58,963 bases of DNA from Bacteroidales bacterium (GCA_028694375.1 JAQUTN010000003.1:1-58963); one strand, 5' to 3'; shown: positions 37,367 to 50,612, counted from the first letter of the stretch. Numbers and translations are program-made. The notes: generated by a model from the letters alone, not told the origin.

Positions 37367-40300
37367 TTATTCAAGCTCAGCTTCTTCAACCACAACATCC
37401 TGAGTGAGGCTGTCACGAGTTGCTTCGATACGGTCAAATTCTTCTTTTGAACCAACTATAAGCTTTTCAAATTCACGTTGGCCGGTTCCGGCAGGTATCA
37501 GGTTGCCGGTGATGACATTTTCCTTCATACCTTCCAGGCGGTCAACCTTGCCCTGTATGGCTGCTTCGTTGAGTACCTTGGTGGTTTCCTGGAAGGATGC
37601 CGCCGACATGAAGCTGCTGGTTTGAAGAGCTGCCCGGGTTATACCCTGCAAGACCTGATTGGACGTGGCAGGAATGGCATCTCTCACCTCGACCAGTTTA
37701 AGGTCACGACGCTTCAGACTGGAATTCTCATCACGCAGTTTACGGGCTGTCACAATCATACCGGCTTTCAAGGTTGCAGAATCACCCGGGTCGAGTACTA
37801 CCTTTTTGCCCCAGATACGATCGTTTTCTTCCATAAATTCATTTTTGTCTACCTCTTGTTGTTCCAGGAAATGAGTATCGCCGGCATCAACAATCTCAAC
37901 CTTACGCATCATCTGACGCACAATGACCTCGAAATGTTTGTCGTTGATCTTTACTTCCTGCATGCGGTACACATTCTTAACTTCGTTGACAATGTATTCC
38001 TGAACTGCGGTAGGACCTTTAATGGCCAGGATATCCGAGGGTGTAATGGATCCTTCCGACAGAGGAGTCCCGGCACGAACAAAGTCGTTGAGCTGTACCA
38101 GTACCTGTTTGGACAAGGGAACCAAATATTTTTTGATTTCACCTGTTTTGGACTGAATAACGATCTCACGATTACCACGTTTGATGCGTCCCAATTCTAT
38201 TACATCTCCGTCAATTTCGGAAACAACAGCAGGATTGGAAGGATTGCGGGCTTCGAACAATTCGGTTACCCTGGGAAGACCTCCGGTAATGTCACCCGAT
38301 TTTGGAATAGCACGAGGTATTTTCACCAACACCTGACCAGTTTCGATACGTTCACCTGATTCCTTGAGCAGGTGAGCGCCTACGGGCAAGTTGTAGGAGT
38401 GCAGGCGTTCGCCCTTGTCGTCCATAATATGGATGGCAGGCACACGAGAACGATCTTTGGATTCAATGATAATCTTATCCTTAATCTTGGTGGTCTCGTC
38501 CATATAGGTTTGGTAGGTTACACCTTCTTCTATGCTGTCGAATTCAATTTTTCCCGATTGCTCGCAGATAATAACCGCATTATAAACATCCCATTCACAA
38601 ATCAAATCACCTTGTTTAACCATATCCCCGGGATTAATGTATAAACGTGATCCGTAAGAAAGGTTATGAGTAGTAACCATATTGGTAACCGGGTCAATCA
38701 GGCGGATTTCTGCATAACGGCCTACTACGATCTTGATGTTCTTGTTTTCAAAAGAAGGAACAACTCGTAACTCATCGATCTCAACCAAGGCATCGTAAGG
38801 TGCAATAAGTTTGTTTTCGACGTTTTCACTCTTAGCCACACCACCGGCGTGGAAAGTACGCAGGGTCAGCTGAGTTCCAGGTTCACCAATGGATTGTGCG
38901 GCGATTACGCCCACAGCCTCTCCTTTTTGCACCATACGTCCGGTTGCCAGGTTACGGCCGTAACATTTAGCACACACTCCTTTTTTGGATTCGCAGGTAA
39001 GTACCGAACGGATTTCCACCCGGTCGATAGGAGACTCCTGAATTTTCAGCGCAATATCTTCTGTAATTTCCTGACCGGCTGCCACCAAAAGCTCGTTGGT
39101 ATCCGGATTGAAAACATCGTGCACAGAAACACGCCCGAGAATACGTTCGTAAAGCGTTGTTACCCCTTTGATGCCAACGGCTGTGAGACCTCTCAAGGTT
39201 CCACAATCTTCTTCGTTGATAATAACATCGTGAGATACATCAACCAGACGACGAGTCAGATACCCGGCGTCAGCTGTTTTTAATGCAGTATCCGACAAAG
39301 ACTTACGAGCACCGTGGGTGGAGATAAAATACTCCAGCACCGATAAACCTTCTTTAAAGTTGGCCAAAATGGGGTTTTCGATAATCTGTCCACCTTCTGC
39401 ACCAAACTTCTGAGGCTTGTTCATCAAACCACGCATACCCGACAACTGACGAATCTGTTCTTTGGAACCACGAGCTCCGGAATCCATCATCATATGAACA
39501 GAGTTGAAACCCTGATCGTCTTCGGCCAATTGCTTGATGAGAATATTGGAGAGTTTATTGTTTACAATGGTCCAAACGTCAATAATCTTATTGTAACGTT
39601 CATTGGGAGTGATAAAGCCCTGTCTCCATTCTTCCATGATGGATTCAACTTCCTCGTAGCCTTCCTGAATCAACTCGGCTTTTTCACCCGGAACAATTAC
39701 ATCGTCCAGGTTGAAGGACAAACCTCCCTGGAAAGCCATGGAATAACCCAAATCCTTGATATCATCCAGAAACTGGGCAGTACGTGCTACTCCGCAGGAA
39801 GCAATGACTTTGCCAATTACATTCCTCAGCTCTTTTTTGGAAAGAACTGTGTTGATATATCCAACTTCTTCGGGCACATATTCGTTTACTATAATTCGGC
39901 CTATGGTAGTCTGTATCAGTTCGTTTTTTACACGCACTTTTACAATGGCATGTAAAGAAACTCTTTTCTCGTTGTAAGCTATTTTGGCTTCTTCGGGAGA
40001 ATAGAATATCAAACCTTCTCCCTGAACTCCTTGACGCTCTTTGGTTATATAATACAAACCCAACACCATATCCTGCGAAGGAACGGTAATAGGAGCTCCA
40101 TTGGCCGGATTCAGAATATTATGCGAAGCCAGCATCAACAATTGAGCTTCGGCAACGGCTTCATTACCCAGTGGAAGGTGTACAGCCATTTGGTCACCGT
40201 CAAAGTCGGCATTGAAAGCCGTACAAGCCAGAGGATGTAGCTGAATAGCCTTGCCTTCAATCATTTTGGGCTGGAAAGCTTGAATACCGAGACGGTGCAA

Positions 40301-41623
40301 AGTAGGGGCACGGTTGAGCAGCACGGGATGGCCTTTCATAACGTGTTCCAGAATATCCCAAACTACAGGATCCTTGCGATCCACAAATTTCTTGGCAGCT
40401 TTCACGGTCTTTACTATTCCGCGTTCAATCAGTTTACGTATGATAAAGGGTTTGAACAACTCGGCGGCCATATCCTTGGGCAATCCGCATTCGTGCATTT
40501 TCAGTTCAGGACCGACCACAATAACGGAACGGGCTGAGTAGTCGACACGTTTACCCAAGAGATTCTGACGGAAACGACCTTGTTTGCCTTTGAGAGAATC
40601 GGACAAGGATTTAAGCGGACGATTGGAATCGGTTTTTACAGCACTGGATTTGCGGGAGTTGTCAAACAAAGAATCGACAGCTTCCTGCAGCATGCGCTTT
40701 TCATTCCTCAAAATCACTTCCGGAGCTTTGATTTCTATGAGTCGTTTCAAACGGTTGTTACGTATGATGACACGACGATAGAGATCGTTCAGGTCGGAAG
40801 TCGCAAAACGACCACCGTCCAGAGGAACCAAAGGACGTAATTCGGGAGGAATAACCGGAACGATCTTTATGATCATCCACTCGGGTTTGTTTCTGAGCTT
40901 GGCTGCACGGAAAGATTCTACCACCTGCAGACGTTTGAGCGCATCGTTCTTGCGCTGCATGGAGGTATCTGTGTTGGCACGGTGGCGCAAATCAAACGAA
41001 AGAGCATCCAGATCGAGCCTGGACAGAAGTTCGTGAACAGCGTCAGCACCCATCTTGGCAATAAATTTCCGGGGATCGCTGTCTTCGAGCATTTGATTTT
41101 CCCTGGGTAGTTTATCCATCAGGGCCAGGTATTCTTCTTCGGATAATAAGTCATTCAACTTGATGCCTTCTTCCTCTTCGAGTATTCCGGCCTGGATAAC
41201 AATATAGCGTTCGTAGTAAATAACCGAATCGAGCTTTTTAGTGGGCAATCCCAGTAAATAGCCTATTTTGTTGGGCAGAGAACGGAAATACCAGATATGA
41301 GCAACCGGAACTACCAGCTGTATATGTCCCATACGTTCACGACGTACTTTTTTTTCGGTAACTTCTACCCCGCAACGGTCACAAACTATACCCTTGTAAC
41401 GGATACGCTTGTATTTACCACAATGACATTCATAGTCTTTTACCGGACCAAAGATCCTTTCGCAAAACAAACCGTCTCGTTCGGGTTTATAGGTACGGTA
41501 ATTAATGGTTTCCGGCTTCAATACTTCACCACTCGATAATTCAAGAATTTCTTCGGGTGAAGCCAATCCTATAGAAATTTTCGAGAAGTTGTTTTTGGTC
41601 TTTATATCTTTTTTGAGAGCCAT
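37367..41623 (-). CDS. rpoC: DNA-directed RNA polymerase subunit beta'
   Basis: 1418 aa with the NADFDGDQM catalytic motif and a zinc-binding CHCGKY...CDRCGVEV segment. Confidence 0.98.
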   Translation of the reverse strand: MALKKDIKTKNNFSKISIGLASPEEILELSSGEVLKPETINYRTYKPERDGLFCERIFGPVKDYECHCGKYKRIRYKGIVCDRCGVEVTEKKVRRERMGHIQLVVPVAHIWYFRSLPNKIGYLLGLPTKKLDSVIYYERYIVIQAGILEEEEGIKLNDLLSEEEYLALMDKLPRENQMLEDSDPRKFIAKMGADAVHELLSRLDLDALSFDLRHRANTDTSMQRKNDALKRLQVVESFRAAKLRNKPEWMIIKIVPVIPPELRPLVPLDGGRFATSDLNDLYRRVIIRNNRLKRLIEIKAPEVILRNEKRMLQEAVDSLFDNSRKSSAVKTDSNRPLKSLSDSLKGKQGRFRQNLLGKRVDYSARSVIVVGPELKMHECGLPKDMAAELFKPFIIRKLIERGIVKTVKAAKKFVDRKDPVVWDILEHVMKGHPVLLNRAPTLHRLGIQAFQPKMIEGKAIQLHPLACTAFNADFDGDQMAVHLPLGNEAVAEAQLLMLASHNILNPANGAPITVPSQDMVLGLYYITKERQGVQGEGLIFYSPEEAKIAYNEKRVSLHAIVKVRVKNELIQTTIGRIIVNEYVPEEVGYINTVLSKKELRNVIGKVIASCGVARTAQFLDDIKDLGYSMAFQGGLSFNLDDVIVPGEKAELIQEGYEEVESIMEEWRQGFITPNERYNKIIDVWTIVNNKLSNILIKQLAEDDQGFNSVHMMMDSGARGSKEQIRQLSGMRGLMNKPQKFGAEGGQIIENPILANFKEGLSVLEYFISTHGARKSLSDTALKTADAGYLTRRLVDVSHDVIINEEDCGTLRGLTAVGIKGVTTLYERILGRVSVHDVFNPDTNELLVAAGQEITEDIALKIQESPIDRVEIRSVLTCESKKGVCAKCYGRNLATGRMVQKGEAVGVIAAQSIGEPGTQLTLRTFHAGGVAKSENVENKLIAPYDALVEIDELRVVPSFENKNIKIVVGRYAEIRLIDPVTNMVTTHNLSYGSRLYINPGDMVKQGDLICEWDVYNAVIICEQSGKIEFDSIEEGVTYQTYMDETTKIKDKIIIESKDRSRVPAIHIMDDKGERLHSYNLPVGAHLLKESGERIETGQVLVKIPRAIPKSGDITGGLPRVTELFEARNPSNPAVVSEIDGDVIELGRIKRGNREIVIQSKTGEIKKYLVPLSKQVLVQLNDFVRAGTPLSEGSITPSDILAIKGPTAVQEYIVNEVKNVYRMQEVKINDKHFEVIVRQMMRKVEIVDAGDTHFLEQQEVDKNEFMEENDRIWGKKVVLDPGDSATLKAGMIVTARKLRDENSSLKRRDLKLVEVRDAIPATSNQVLQGITRAALQTSSFMSAASFQETTKVLNEAAIQGKVDRLEGMKENVITGNLIPAGTGQREFEKLIVGSKEEFDRIEATRDSLTQDVVVEEAELE

Positions 41624-41645
41624 ATTCTGTATGTAATTGAGGTTG

Positions 41646-44600
41646 TTAATCTAATTCGATGCTTAAGCCCAGACCTCTGAGTTCGTGCAATAATACATTC
41701 AGGGATTCGGGAATACCGGCCTGCGGCATAGGTTCACCTTTTACTATTGCTTCAAAAGCTTTGCTGCGGCCGGCCACATCGTCCGACTTAATAGTCAGGA
41801 TTTCCTGCAGCACGTGAGAAGCTCCAAAAGCCTCGAGTGCCCAGACTTCCATTTCGCCGAAACGCTGGCCACCAAACTGCGCCTTACCTCCCAGAGGTTG
41901 CTGGGTAATCAAAGAGTAAGGCCCAATGGAGCGGGCGTGCATCTTATCATCTACCATATGGCCGAGTTTAAGCATATATATTACGCCTACCGTAGCAGGT
42001 TGGTCAAAACGATCACCGGTGCCTCCATCGTAGAGGTAACATTTACCGTAACGCGGTAAACCGGCTTTATCAGACCATTGCTCCAAATCTTCCAGACTTG
42101 CTCCGTCAAAAATGGGTGTAGCAAATTTCAGGCCCAGCTTTTGACCGGCCCAACCCAATACAGTCTCAAAAATTTGCCCCAGGTTCATACGTGAAGGCAC
42201 GCCAAGAGGATTCAAGACTATGTCCACCGGTGTTCCGTCTTCCATAAATGGCATATCTTCTTCGCGAACAATACGCGAAACGATACCTTTGTTACCGTGA
42301 CGGCCGGCCATCTTGTCACCAACCTTGATTTTGCGTTTTTTGGCAATATAAACCTTGGCCATTTGAATGATGCCCGCGGGTAATTCATCACCTATAGTCA
42401 CATTGAACTTTTTGCGTTTGAGTTTCGCATCCAATTCTTTTTCCTTCTTGAGGTAATTAATAATCAGATCGCGAATCATATCGTTTTTGTGACTGTCAGA
42501 GGTCCATTTACTCAACTGAACAGAAGAATAGTTGATTTCATTCAGTATCTTTTGAGTAAACTTAACACCTTTGGGTACCACTTCCGTATCCAGGTTATCT
42601 TTGATACCCTGAGAGGTTTTACCGCTGACCAAAACCCAGAGTTTTTCGAGCAATACGGCACGTATGGCGGCTACTTCAGCTTCGAATTCCTCGTCGAGTT
42701 TAGGCAGGATGGCTTTGTCGGTCAGGCGGCTTTTGCGATTCTTAATGGCTTTTGAGAAGAGTCGTTTATCAATAATAACACCGCTTAAGGAAGGAGTCGC
42801 TTTTAGCGAAGCATCCTTGACGTCACCGGCTTTATCTCCAAAAATTGCCCTCAGGAGTTTTTCTTCGGGTGAAGGATCGGATTCTCCCTTGGGAGTGATC
42901 TTTCCTATCAAAATATCACCGGGCTTGACATGAGCACCGATACGTATGATACCGTTTTTATCCAGATCCTTGGTGGCGTCTTCGCTGACATTGGGAATAT
43001 CCGCGGTCAGTTCTTCCATACCACGCTTGGTTTCGCGAACTTCGAGCGTGTATTCATCAACATGTACCGAAGTAAAAATATCTTCGCGCACCAGGCGTTC
43101 GTTTAATACAATAGCATCTTCGAAGTTATAGCCTTTCCAAGGCATAAAAGCCACTTTCAGGTTACGTCCCAGAGCCAGCTCACCTTTTTCGGTTGCAAAA
43201 CCTTCGGTCAACAGCTGGTCTTTTGTCAGCCTTTGTCCTTTGTGGACAATAGGTCTGAGGTCTATGGTTGTGCTCTGGTTGGTTTTTTGGAATTTGGGAA
43301 TATTGTAGATTTTTACAGCATCGTCAAAACTCACAAATTCTTCGTCTTCGCTGCGGTCGTAACGAATATGAATGCTGGTGGCATCTACAAACTCGACTAC
43401 TCCATCGCCTTCGGCCATCAATTGAGTACGGGAATCCTTAATCAGAGTTTCTTCCAGGCCGGTACCGACTATAGGAGCTTCACAACGGATCAGGGGTACG
43501 GCCTGACGCATCATGTTGGATCCCATCAGGGCACGGTTAGCATCGTCGTGTTCCAGGAAGGGAATCAGAGAGGCAGCAATAGAGGCAATCTGCGAGGGAG
43601 AAACGTCCATCAGGTCAACCTTATCGGGTTCAACCACCGGAAAATCAGCTTCGAGACGAGATTTAATTCTGTTGCGAATAAAGGAACCGTCCTCGTTCAA
43701 AAGGGCATTACCCTGTGCCACAACCAAATTTTCTTCTTCTTCGGCGGTTAGGTAAACCACCTCTTTTTTAACTTTTCCGCTATTTACTTTACGGTAGGGA
43801 GTTTCGATAAAACCAAGTTTATTGATTTTTGCGTAAACACATAAAGACGAAATCAATCCAATGTTGGGACCTTCGGGTGTTTCGATAGGGCAAAGACGTC
43901 CGTAATGGGTGTAATGCACGTCACGAACCTCAAAACCGGCACGCTCACGCGACAAACCACCGGGGCCTAAAGCCGATAAGCGGCGCTTGTGTGTCATCTC
44001 GGCCAGAGGATTGGTTTGATCCATAAACTGCGATAATGCATTGGTTCCAAAGAAGGAATTGATTACCGAAGATACCGTCTTGGCGTTGATAAGGTCAACC
44101 GGAGCAAACACTTCGTTGTCGCGTACATTCATTCTGTCGCGAATGGTTCTGGCCATACGGGCAAGCCCCACACCAAATTGGTTGTTGAGTTGTTCACCAA
44201 CCGTACGTACACGCCTGTTGCTCAAGTGGTCAATATCGTCCACTATAGCATTGGAATTGACCAGTTCTATCAAATAACGGATGATATGAATGATATCATC
44301 TTTGGTCAGAACCTTGACATCTATATCCGTATGTAACTGAAGTTTCTTGTTAATCCGATAACGGCCTACTTCTCCAAGGTCGTAGCGTTTCTCGGAAAAG
44401 AATAAATTTTGTATTACTTCGCGGGCGCTGGAATCGTCGGCCGGCTCAGCATTACGCAATTGACGATAAATATACAACACGGCTTCTTTTTCGGAATTAC
44501 TCGGATCCTTTTGCAGCGTATTGTATATGATACTGTAATCGGACATACCCGGCTCCTCTTTGTGTAAGAGGATAGTAGGCGTTCCGGACTCGAGAATGTC

Positions 44601-45449
44601 ATCTATATGACTGCTTTCAAGAACGGTTTCGCGGTCAATTACCACTTCGTTTCTTTCTATGGAAACAACTTCGCCGGTGTCTTCGTCCACAAAGTCTTCA
44701 ACCCAACTCTTCAAAACACGGGCAGCCAATTTACGACCTATGTATTTCTTCAGACCGGTTTTGGTTACCTTGATTTCTTCGGCCAGGTTGAAAATTTCCA
44801 AAATATCTTTGTCTGTTTCAAAACCAATGGCACGCAATAAAGTAGTTACGGGTAATTTCTTTTTACGGTCAATATAGGCATACATCACATTGTTGATGTC
44901 TGTGGCGAATTCAATCCACGAGCCTTTGAAGGGAATAATGCGGGCAGAATAAAGTTTTGTCCCGTTGGCATGCACACTTTGACCAAAAAATACTCCGGGA
45001 GAACGATGTAACTGCGATACAATAACACGTTCGGCACCATTAACAACGAAGGTACCTTTGGGAGTCATGTAAGGAAAAGCACCCAGGTAGACATCCTGAA
45101 ATTTAGTCTCAAAATCTTCGTGATCAGGATCAGTACAATAAAGTTTGAGTTTTGCCTTCAGGGGAACGCTGTAGGTCAATCCCCGCTCTATACATTCTTC
45201 GATGGTATAACGTGGAGGATCGACATAGTAATCAATAAATTCGAGGACAAAATTGTTGCGTGTATCCGTAATGGGAAAACTTTCGGAAAACACCTTGTAC
45301 AATCCTTCGTTTTTTCGTTTTTCGGGCGGGGTATCTAACTGCAGGAAGTCCTGAAATGACTTCAATTGCACTTCTAAGAAATCCGGATAATCGATCGGGC
45401 TCTTGATTGATGCAAAATTTATTCTTTGATTGTCAGTAGTTGAGGACAT
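41646..45449 (-). CDS. rpoB: DNA-directed RNA polymerase subunit beta
   Basis: 1267 aa. Conserved [16 protein letters not shown] and [11 protein letters not shown] motifs are present. Confidence 0.98.
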   Translation of the reverse strand: MSSTTDNQRINFASIKSPIDYPDFLEVQLKSFQDFLQLDTPPEKRKNEGLYKVFSESFPITDTRNNFVLEFIDYYVDPPRYTIEECIERGLTYSVPLKAKLKLYCTDPDHEDFETKFQDVYLGAFPYMTPKGTFVVNGAERVIVSQLHRSPGVFFGQSVHANGTKLYSARIIPFKGSWIEFATDINNVMYAYIDRKKKLPVTTLLRAIGFETDKDILEIFNLAEEIKVTKTGLKKYIGRKLAARVLKSWVEDFVDEDTGEVVSIERNEVVIDRETVLESSHIDDILESGTPTILLHKEEPGMSDYSIIYNTLQKDPSNSEKEAVLYIYRQLRNAEPADDSSAREVIQNLFFSEKRYDLGEVGRYRINKKLQLHTDIDVKVLTKDDIIHIIRYLIELVNSNAIVDDIDHLSNRRVRTVGEQLNNQFGVGLARMARTIRDRMNVRDNEVFAPVDLINAKTVSSVINSFFGTNALSQFMDQTNPLAEMTHKRRLSALGPGGLSRERAGFEVRDVHYTHYGRLCPIETPEGPNIGLISSLCVYAKINKLGFIETPYRKVNSGKVKKEVVYLTAEEEENLVVAQGNALLNEDGSFIRNRIKSRLEADFPVVEPDKVDLMDVSPSQIASIAASLIPFLEHDDANRALMGSNMMRQAVPLIRCEAPIVGTGLEETLIKDSRTQLMAEGDGVVEFVDATSIHIRYDRSEDEEFVSFDDAVKIYNIPKFQKTNQSTTIDLRPIVHKGQRLTKDQLLTEGFATEKGELALGRNLKVAFMPWKGYNFEDAIVLNERLVREDIFTSVHVDEYTLEVRETKRGMEELTADIPNVSEDATKDLDKNGIIRIGAHVKPGDILIGKITPKGESDPSPEEKLLRAIFGDKAGDVKDASLKATPSLSGVIIDKRLFSKAIKNRKSRLTDKAILPKLDEEFEAEVAAIRAVLLEKLWVLVSGKTSQGIKDNLDTEVVPKGVKFTQKILNEINYSSVQLSKWTSDSHKNDMIRDLIINYLKKEKELDAKLKRKKFNVTIGDELPAGIIQMAKVYIAKKRKIKVGDKMAGRHGNKGIVSRIVREEDMPFMEDGTPVDIVLNPLGVPSRMNLGQIFETVLGWAGQKLGLKFATPIFDGASLEDLEQWSDKAGLPRYGKCYLYDGGTGDRFDQPATVGVIYMLKLGHMVDDKMHARSIGPYSLITQQPLGGKAQFGGQRFGEMEVWALEAFGASHVLQEILTIKSDDVAGRSKAFEAIVKGEPMPQAGIPESLNVLLHELRGLGLSIELD

Positions 45450-45487
45450 TTATCGAGGGATTATAAGAACTTAAAAAAGAATATAGA

Positions 45488-45528
45488 CACAAAAGGTTTA
45501 GAACCTCCAATCACGGAGATTCTAAACC
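45488..45528 (-). terminator. Attenuator-type hairpin in the rplL-rpoB spacer
   Basis: On the minus strand, GGTTTAGAAtCTCCgtgattGGAGgTTCTAAACC is followed by TTTTGTG. The position matches the known partial terminator between rplL and rpoB in other bacteria. Confidence 0.55.
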
Positions 45529-45556
45529 GGGGGACCTGTTGATCAGGTGAGTACTT

Positions 45557-45931
45557 TTATTTAAGTTCAATCTCGGCACCTGCTTCTTCAAGCGTTTTCT
45601 TCAGTGCATCTGCCTCGTCTTTGGCAATGCCTTCTTTCAAAACGGAAGGAGCGGCATCTACCAAGTCTTTGGCTTCTTTCAGACCAAGACCACAAGATTC
45701 TTTTACTGCCTTGACAACAGCCAATTTAGCTGCTCCGGCTGATTTCAGAACCACATCAAAAGAAGTTTTTTCTTCTGCTACAGCAGCAGCAGCGGCAGGA
45801 CCGGCAGCTACGGCTACAGCAGCAGCAGCGGGTTCGATACCATATTCATTCTTGAGGATCTCAGCAAGTTCGTTTACTTCTTTAACGGTTAAATTCACCA
45901 ATTGTTCAGCAAAAGCTTTCAAATCTGCCAT
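45557..45931 (-). CDS. rplL: 50S ribosomal protein L7/L12
   Basis: 124 aa with an Ala-rich hinge and a [10 protein letters not shown]...[11 protein letters not shown]-domain. Confidence 0.97.
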   Translation of the reverse strand: MADLKAFAEQLVNLTVKEVNELAEILKNEYGIEPAAAAVAVAAGPAAAAAVAEEKTSFDVVLKSAGAAKLAVVKAVKESCGLGLKEAKDLVDAAPSVLKEGIAKDEADALKKTLEEAGAEIELK

Positions 45932-46002
45932 TTTAGTAATGTATTAAGTGTTATTTAAAATTGTTTATTCGTTTGTTTTTGAGGCTTCTCTATATAGAAG
46001 TC

Positions 46003-46524
46003 CTAATTTTCGCGTTCTCCCAGTGTTTTCAAAACACCGTGAAGTATAGTACCTCCGCTTTGGAGGGCAGAAACCACATTTTTGGCCGGTGATTGCAACA
46101 AAGCAATAAGGTCTGCAACCAGCTCATTTTTGCTCTTAACATGAATCAGGGCTTCCAAATGTTCGGGACCGATATAGAAACACTCTTCAACGCATGCAGC
46201 TTTCAAGGCAGGAACACTTTTATCCTTTTTGAAATCCTTAATCAATTTGGCAGGCACATTCCCGGTGTTGCAAAACATCAGAGCAGTGTTGCCTTTTAAG
46301 GTTTCGTATAAAGGAGAATAGTCAACTTCAAGACTTTCCAGTGCTTTTTTGAGCAGTGTGTTTTTAACTACATAGAGCTTTACCCCTTCCTTATAACAGG
46401 CTCTTCTGAGTGAAGAGGTTTCTTCGGAATTCAAGGCAGCGATATCGGTAACATAAAAATGTTCGTATTCGTTTACCAATTGGGTGATTTGCTCAACAGC
46501 AATATATTTATCTTCCTTTTTCAT
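46003..46524 (-). CDS. rplJ: 50S ribosomal protein L10
   Basis: 173 aa, positioned between rplA and rplL. Confidence 0.93.
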   Translation of the reverse strand: MKKEDKYIAVEQITQLVNEYEHFYVTDIAALNSEETSSLRRACYKEGVKLYVVKNTLLKKALESLEVDYSPLYETLKGNTALMFCNTGNVPAKLIKDFKKDKSVPALKAACVEECFYIGPEHLEALIHVKSKNELVADLIALLQSPAKNVVSALQSGGTILHGVLKTLGEREN

Positions 46525-46539
46525 AATTGTTTCGTTTTT

Positions 46540-47235
46540 TTAATCTTCAATGCTCTTAGGATCCACTTTGATGCCCTTGCTCATTGTGCTTGAAAGATAA
46601 ATACTCTTCATATAAGTGCCTTTGGCAGCAGTCGGTTTCAACTTGATCAAAGTGAGAATAAATTCTTTGGCATTCTCACGGATTTGATCCGGGCTAAAGC
46701 TGACTTTTCCGATAGAAGTATGAACAATACCGTTCTTATCTACCTTGAAATCAATCTTTCCTTGTTTCACTTCTCTGACTGCCTTACCGATTTCCATGGT
46801 AACAGTACCACTCTTGGGATTGGGCATCAAGCCCCTGGGACCCAAAACTCGGCCTAAAGCACCAATTTTGCCCATGGTTGAAGGCATGGTGATAATTACA
46901 TCCACATCTGTCCAACCAGCTTTTATCTTTTCGATATAATCGTCAAGACCTACATGATCAGCCCCGGCCTCTTTGGCCTCGGCTTCTTTGTCCGGAGTAC
47001 ACAATACCAACACCCGTACTTCTTTTCCGGTTCCGTGAGGCAGCGATACAACACCGCGCACCATCTGATTGGCTTTTCGGGGATCAACTCCAAGGCGAAC
47101 GTCTAAATCGACTGAAGCGTCAAACTTAGTATAGGAGATTTCCTTAACCAGTTCGGAGGCTTCTCTCAAAGCATACGTTTTACCCACTTCAATCTTCTCC
47201 AAAGCCAGTTTTTGATTTTTTGTCAATTTTGCCAT
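46540..47235 (-). CDS. rplA: 50S ribosomal protein L1
   Basis: 231 aa with LPHGTGK and [10 protein letters not shown] motifs. Confidence 0.96.
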   Translation of the reverse strand: MAKLTKNQKLALEKIEVGKTYALREASELVKEISYTKFDASVDLDVRLGVDPRKANQMVRGVVSLPHGTGKEVRVLVLCTPDKEAEAKEAGADHVGLDDYIEKIKAGWTDVDVIITMPSTMGKIGALGRVLGPRGLMPNPKSGTVTMEIGKAVREVKQGKIDFKVDKNGIVHTSIGKVSFSPDQIRENAKEFILTLIKLKPTAAKGTYMKSIYLSSTMSKGIKVDPKSIED

Positions 47236-47247
47236 TTTCGTCGAAGT

Positions 47248-47691
47248 TTAATTATTTGTGGGAAATTCACCCTTAATATTGATACCCATGCTTCTGGCTG
47301 TACCGGCAACCATTTTCATGGCTGATTCCAGCGTGAAACAATTTAAGTCAGTCATTTTATCTTCCGCAATTGCTTTAACCTGCTCCCAGGTGACTTCTGC
47401 TACTTTCTTGCGATTTGGCTCAGCCGAACCCGATTTGGTTTTGGAAGCTTCCAACAGCTGTACGGCTGCAGGAGGAGTTTTTACAACAAAATCGAAAGAC
47501 TTATCGGAATAGTACGTAATGACAACAGGCAACACCTTTCCGGCCTTGTCCTGTGTCCTGGCATTGAATTGCTTGCAAAACTCCATAATGTTCACACCTT
47601 TAGAACCCAAAGCAGGTCCTACAGGCGGAGAGGGATTTGCCGCACCCCCCTTTATTTGCAATTTGATTTGACCGGCAATTTCTTTAGCCAT
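47248..47691 (-). CDS. rplK: 50S ribosomal protein L11
   Basis: 147 aa with the PPVGPALG motif. Confidence 0.96.
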   Translation of the reverse strand: MAKEIAGQIKLQIKGGAANPSPPVGPALGSKGVNIMEFCKQFNARTQDKAGKVLPVVITYYSDKSFDFVVKTPPAAVQLLEASKTKSGSAEPNRKKVAEVTWEQVKAIAEDKMTDLNCFTLESAMKMVAGTARSMGINIKGEFPTNN

Positions 47692-47754
47692 TTTTGTTCT
47701 AGTTTAAAATTTGAGGATTGTTTTGAAAAAAAATACAGGATGCGTAACCATCTT

Positions 47755-48297
47755 TTATTCTTTTTCTACTTGCATAAAACCCAATTCGAGCGGAGTTTTC
47801 CGGCCGAATATTTTCACCATTACTTTGAGTTTCTTTTTCTCGTTGTTCACCTCTTCGATAGTGGCACTAAAACCACTAAAGGGTCCAAAATTCACTTTAA
47901 CGTTTTCACCAACATAGTAATTTATGCTGATGTCGTCTCCGGTTTCCTGCAACTCGTCTACCTTACCAAGGATACGATTTACTTCGGATTCGCGGAGCGG
48001 CTGGGGGTTGTTCATTCCACCCAAAAAGCCGAGCACATTGGGAATGTTTCGAAGAGCATGAGCCACTTCACCTACCAGATAGGCTTCGACCAGCACATAA
48101 CCGGGCAAATAGGAACGCTCTTTGAGCACCTTTTTTCCGGCACGTGACTGGTAAACCTTTTCCGTCGGAATTAATACCTGAGATACGTACTCACCTAGGG
48201 AGGAATTATTGATGGAAGCTTCAATATACTCCTTCACTTTGTTTTCTTTACCGCTAATAGCACGCAAAACGTACCATTTCTTTGATGTTTCAGACAT
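47755..48297 (-). CDS. nusG: Transcription termination/antitermination factor NusG
   Basis: 180 aa with [14 protein letters not shown] (NGN domain) and a C-terminal KOW motif. It lies between secE and rplK. Confidence 0.95.
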   Translation of the reverse strand: MSETSKKWYVLRAISGKENKVKEYIEASINNSSLGEYVSQVLIPTEKVYQSRAGKKVLKERSYLPGYVLVEAYLVGEVAHALRNIPNVLGFLGGMNNPQPLRESEVNRILGKVDELQETGDDISINYYVGENVKVNFGPFSGFSATIEEVNNEKKKLKVMVKIFGRKTPLELGFMQVEKE

Positions 48298-48309
48298 TTT
48301 TCCTCCAGC

Positions 48310-48516
48310 TTAAAACACCTTCTCGTAGATGAAGGTCATGAGATTTTCCAAGCCTAAATCAATGACAAACACAATCAGAGCAATCACCAGGGAAGCAGTT
48401 AATACGACAATCGCACTATTGCTTAACTCAGACGGTGTAGGCCAGGAGACCTTGTGAATGAGTTCATTGTATGCATCCTTGATATAGGTGGCGACCCTTT
48501 TAAAAAACTTTTTCAT
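48310..48516 (-). CDS. secE: Preprotein translocase subunit SecE
   Basis: 68 aa with a single C-terminal TM helix, in the canonical position between tRNA-Trp and nusG. Confidence 0.8.
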   Translation of the reverse strand: MKKFFKRVATYIKDAYNELIHKVSWPTPSELSNSAIVVLTASLVIALIVFVIDLGLENLMTFIYEKVF

Positions 48517-48529
48517 AAGATGGGGTTTT

Positions 48530-48605
48530 TGGCACGGGTCGAGAGACTCGAACTCCCGACACTCGGTTTTGGAGACCGATGCTCTACCAACTGAGCTAGA
48601 CCCGT
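48530..48605 (-). tRNA. tRNA-Trp (anticodon CCA), CCA end encoded
   Basis: The reverse complement is ACGGGTCTAGCTCAGTTGGTAGAGCATCGGTCTCCAAAACCGAGTGTCGGGAGTTCGAGTCTCTCGACCCGTGCCA. The cloverleaf folds by hand and the anticodon loop is CTCCAAA. Confidence 0.9.
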
Positions 48606-48621
48606 ATTAAAACACTCATCA

Positions 48622-48648
48622 GTGGGGCTATCGTTCAGACAGCCCCAC
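48622..48648 (-). terminator. Hairpin downstream of tuf; weak terminator or processing structure ahead of tRNA-Trp
   Basis: GTGGGGCT-(11 nt)-AGCCCCAC forms an 8-bp GC-rich stem 20 nt after the tuf stop. Only a weak T-run follows on the minus strand. Confidence 0.3.
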
Positions 48649-48668
48649 CGCGAGTATATTTGCCTTAA

Positions 48669-49856
48669 TTATTCCAGAATCTCGGTGATCTGGCCGGATC
48701 CAACTGTACGTCCGCCTTCACGGATAGCAAAACGCAAACCTTCGCTGCAAGCTACCGGATAGATCAATTCTACTTTGATTTCCAGGTTGTCGCCGGGCAT
48801 AACCATTTCGGTTCCTTCCGGAAGAGAGATTTCGCCGGTTACATCAAGGGTACGGATATAGAATTGAGGACGGTATTTATTATGAAAGGGAGTGTGACGT
48901 CCACCTTCTTCCTTTTTCAGGATATACACAGAACCTTTGAAAGTAGTGTGAGGAGTTACTTTTCCGGGGTGGGTAATAACCATACCACGTTTGATTTCGT
49001 CCTTGTCAATACCTCTGAGCAACAAACCTACGTTGTCACCGGCTTCTCCCTGATCCAGAATCTTGCGGAACATTTCCACACCTGTAACTACCGATTTCTT
49101 ACCTTTGGCACCCAAACCGATAATCTGTACTTCTTCACCGGTTTTGATGATACCGGTTTCGATACGTCCGGTAGCTACGGTACCACGACCTGTGATCGAG
49201 AATACGTCTTCGACGGGCATAAGGAAAGGTTTGTCAACAGCACGGGGAGGAAGTTCGATCCAGTTGTCTACTGCGGCCATCAGTTCCATAACCTTGTCTT
49301 CCCATTCGGGAACACCGTTCATGGCGCCCAAAGCAGAACCGCGAATAACAGGAGTGTTTTCGGCATCGAATTCATAGAAACCCAATAAGTCACGCATTTC
49401 CATTTCGACCAATTCGAGCATTTCTTCGTCGTCAACCATATCGCATTTGTTCATGAAAACAACCAGTCTGGGAACGTTTACCTGACGGGCGAGAAGAATA
49501 TGTTCACGAGTTTGGGGCATCGGACCGTCGGTGGCGGCAACTACTATAATGGCTCCGTCCATCTGGGCAGCACCGGTAACCATATTCTTAACATAGTCAG
49601 CGTGTCCCGGACAATCCACGTGTGCGTAGTGACGGTTTTCAGTTTGATATTCTACGTGTGAAGTATTAATTGTAATACCTCTTTCCTTTTCTTCCGGTGC
49701 GTTATCAATCTGATCGAAAGATTTAATTTCGGAAAGTCCTCTTTTTGCCAAAATCATAGTGATAGCGGCAGTCAATGTGGTTTTACCATGATCCACGTGA
49801 CCAATCGTACCGATGTTGACGTGGGGTTTAGTCCTGTTAAAATGTTCTTTTGCCAT
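48669..49856 (-). CDS. tuf: Elongation factor Tu
   Basis: The track start at 49862 is a TTG. The ATG at 49856 gives [35 protein letters not shown] and NKCD GTPase motifs are present. Confidence 0.98.
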   Translation of the reverse strand: MAKEHFNRTKPHVNIGTIGHVDHGKTTLTAAITMILAKRGLSEIKSFDQIDNAPEEKERGITINTSHVEYQTENRHYAHVDCPGHADYVKNMVTGAAQMDGAIIVVAATDGPMPQTREHILLARQVNVPRLVVFMNKCDMVDDEEMLELVEMEMRDLLGFYEFDAENTPVIRGSALGAMNGVPEWEDKVMELMAAVDNWIELPPRAVDKPFLMPVEDVFSITGRGTVATGRIETGIIKTGEEVQIIGLGAKGKKSVVTGVEMFRKILDQGEAGDNVGLLLRGIDKDEIKRGMVITHPGKVTPHTTFKGSVYILKKEEGGRHTPFHNKYRPQFYIRTLDVTGEISLPEGTEMVMPGDNLEIKVELIYPVACSEGLRFAIREGGRTVGSGQITEILE

Positions 49857-49895
49857 AATCAAAAATTAAAATAAGTAAGTAATCCTATTTGTTTG

Positions 49896-49967
<72 letters not shown>

Positions 49968-49970
49968 AAG

Positions 49971-50043
49971 AGCGGGAAACGGGACTCAAACCCGCGACCC
50001 TCAGCTTGGAAGGCTAATGCTCTATCAACTGAGCTATTCCCGC
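49971..50043 (-). tRNA. tRNA-Gly (anticodon TCC)
   Basis: The reverse complement is GCGGGAATAGCTCAGTTGATAGAGCATTAGCCTTCCAAGCTGAGGGTCGCGGGTTTGAGTCCCGTTTCCCGCT. The anticodon loop is CTTCCAA. Confidence 0.88.
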
Positions 50044-50100
50044 AAAATATTTTTGGGTTCAAAAATTCCAAAAAACGCCGATCCCCCTAAAAATAATTTG

Positions 50101-50183
50101 TGGGCAGTGATGGATTCGAACCACCGTAGGTATCAACCAGCAGATTTACAGTCTGCCCCATTTGGCCACTCTGGTAACTGCCC
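50101..50183 (-). tRNA. tRNA-Tyr (anticodon GTA) with long variable arm
   Basis: The reverse complement is GGGCAGTTACCAGAGTGGCCAAATGGGGCAGACTGTAAATCTGCTGGTTGATACCTACGGTGGTTCGAATCCATCACTGCCCA. The anticodon loop is CTGTAAA. Confidence 0.88.
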
Positions 50184-50214
50184 TAACTTCTTCAATTTAA
50201 ACGGCCACATCAAA

Positions 50215-50254
50215 GCAGCCGTACTCTAAAACTCCTTTTTAGAGAAACGGCTGC
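50215..50254 (-). terminator. Long hairpin downstream of hpf; probable terminator
   Basis: GCAGCCGT-a-CTCTAAAA-ctcc-TTTTAGAG-aa-ACGGCTGC forms a two-segment stem 45 nt after the hpf stop. TTTGAT follows on the minus strand. Confidence 0.45.
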
Positions 50255-50298
50255 AAATGTAGACATTATTTTTTAACCACAAAACAATTTTTGAAAAT

Positions 50299-50598
50299 TT
50301 ATTTACTACGGATTTTATCTTTATGTTTCTTCAATTGTTTTCCCAAAGCTTCCACAGCTTCATCGACAGATTCTTCAAAGGTGTCACAGGTTTTGGAAGC
50401 GAACAAATCCCGGCCTGAAATATTGAGTCTGATTAAGGCTTCTTTGTTAGTAGCAGTTTCAGGTTTAATGACTTTCAGGGTAACTTCGGCCGATAATATA
50501 CCATCGTAATACTGATCCAGTTTAGCTACCTTTTTTTGAATAAATTTCTCTAAAGTACTGGTTGCATCAAAATGCACGGATTGAATTCTAATTTCCAT
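50299..50598 (-). CDS. hpf: Ribosome hibernation promoting factor / RaiA family protein
   Basis: The ATG at 50598 gives MEIRIQSVHFDATSTLEKFIQKKVAKL, the typical short-HPF N-terminus. The track start at 50616 is a TTG. Confidence 0.85.
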   Translation of the reverse strand: MEIRIQSVHFDATSTLEKFIQKKVAKLDQYYDGILSAEVTLKVIKPETATNKEALIRLNISGRDLFASKTCDTFEESVDEAVEALGKQLKKHKDKIRSK

Positions 50599-50612
50599 AA
50601 ATAATCTCCTTT

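Noticed and set aside
37478-38359. A 293-aa plus-strand ORF inside rpoC, and similar long antisense ORFs: 620..1264(-), 2637..3332(-), 8154..8756(-), 8859..9473(-), 34732..35427(-), 35842..36423(-), 43233..43751(+), 47569..48147(+), 48864..49388(+), 53812..54375(-).
   Set aside because: All are shadow ORFs opposite strongly supported conserved genes. None has a recognisable motif.
48654-48661. A TATATTTG match on the plus strand between tuf and tRNA-Trp.
   Set aside because: There is no plus-strand gene downstream, so it is a chance occurrence.
50254-50261. TACATTTG (minus strand) as a promoter for the tRNA-Tyr/Gly/Thr-tuf unit.
   Set aside because: The motif abuts the hpf terminator hairpin, so a transcript would start inside the stem. 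A six-fixed-base motif is expected by chance many times in 59 kb. I leave it unassigned.
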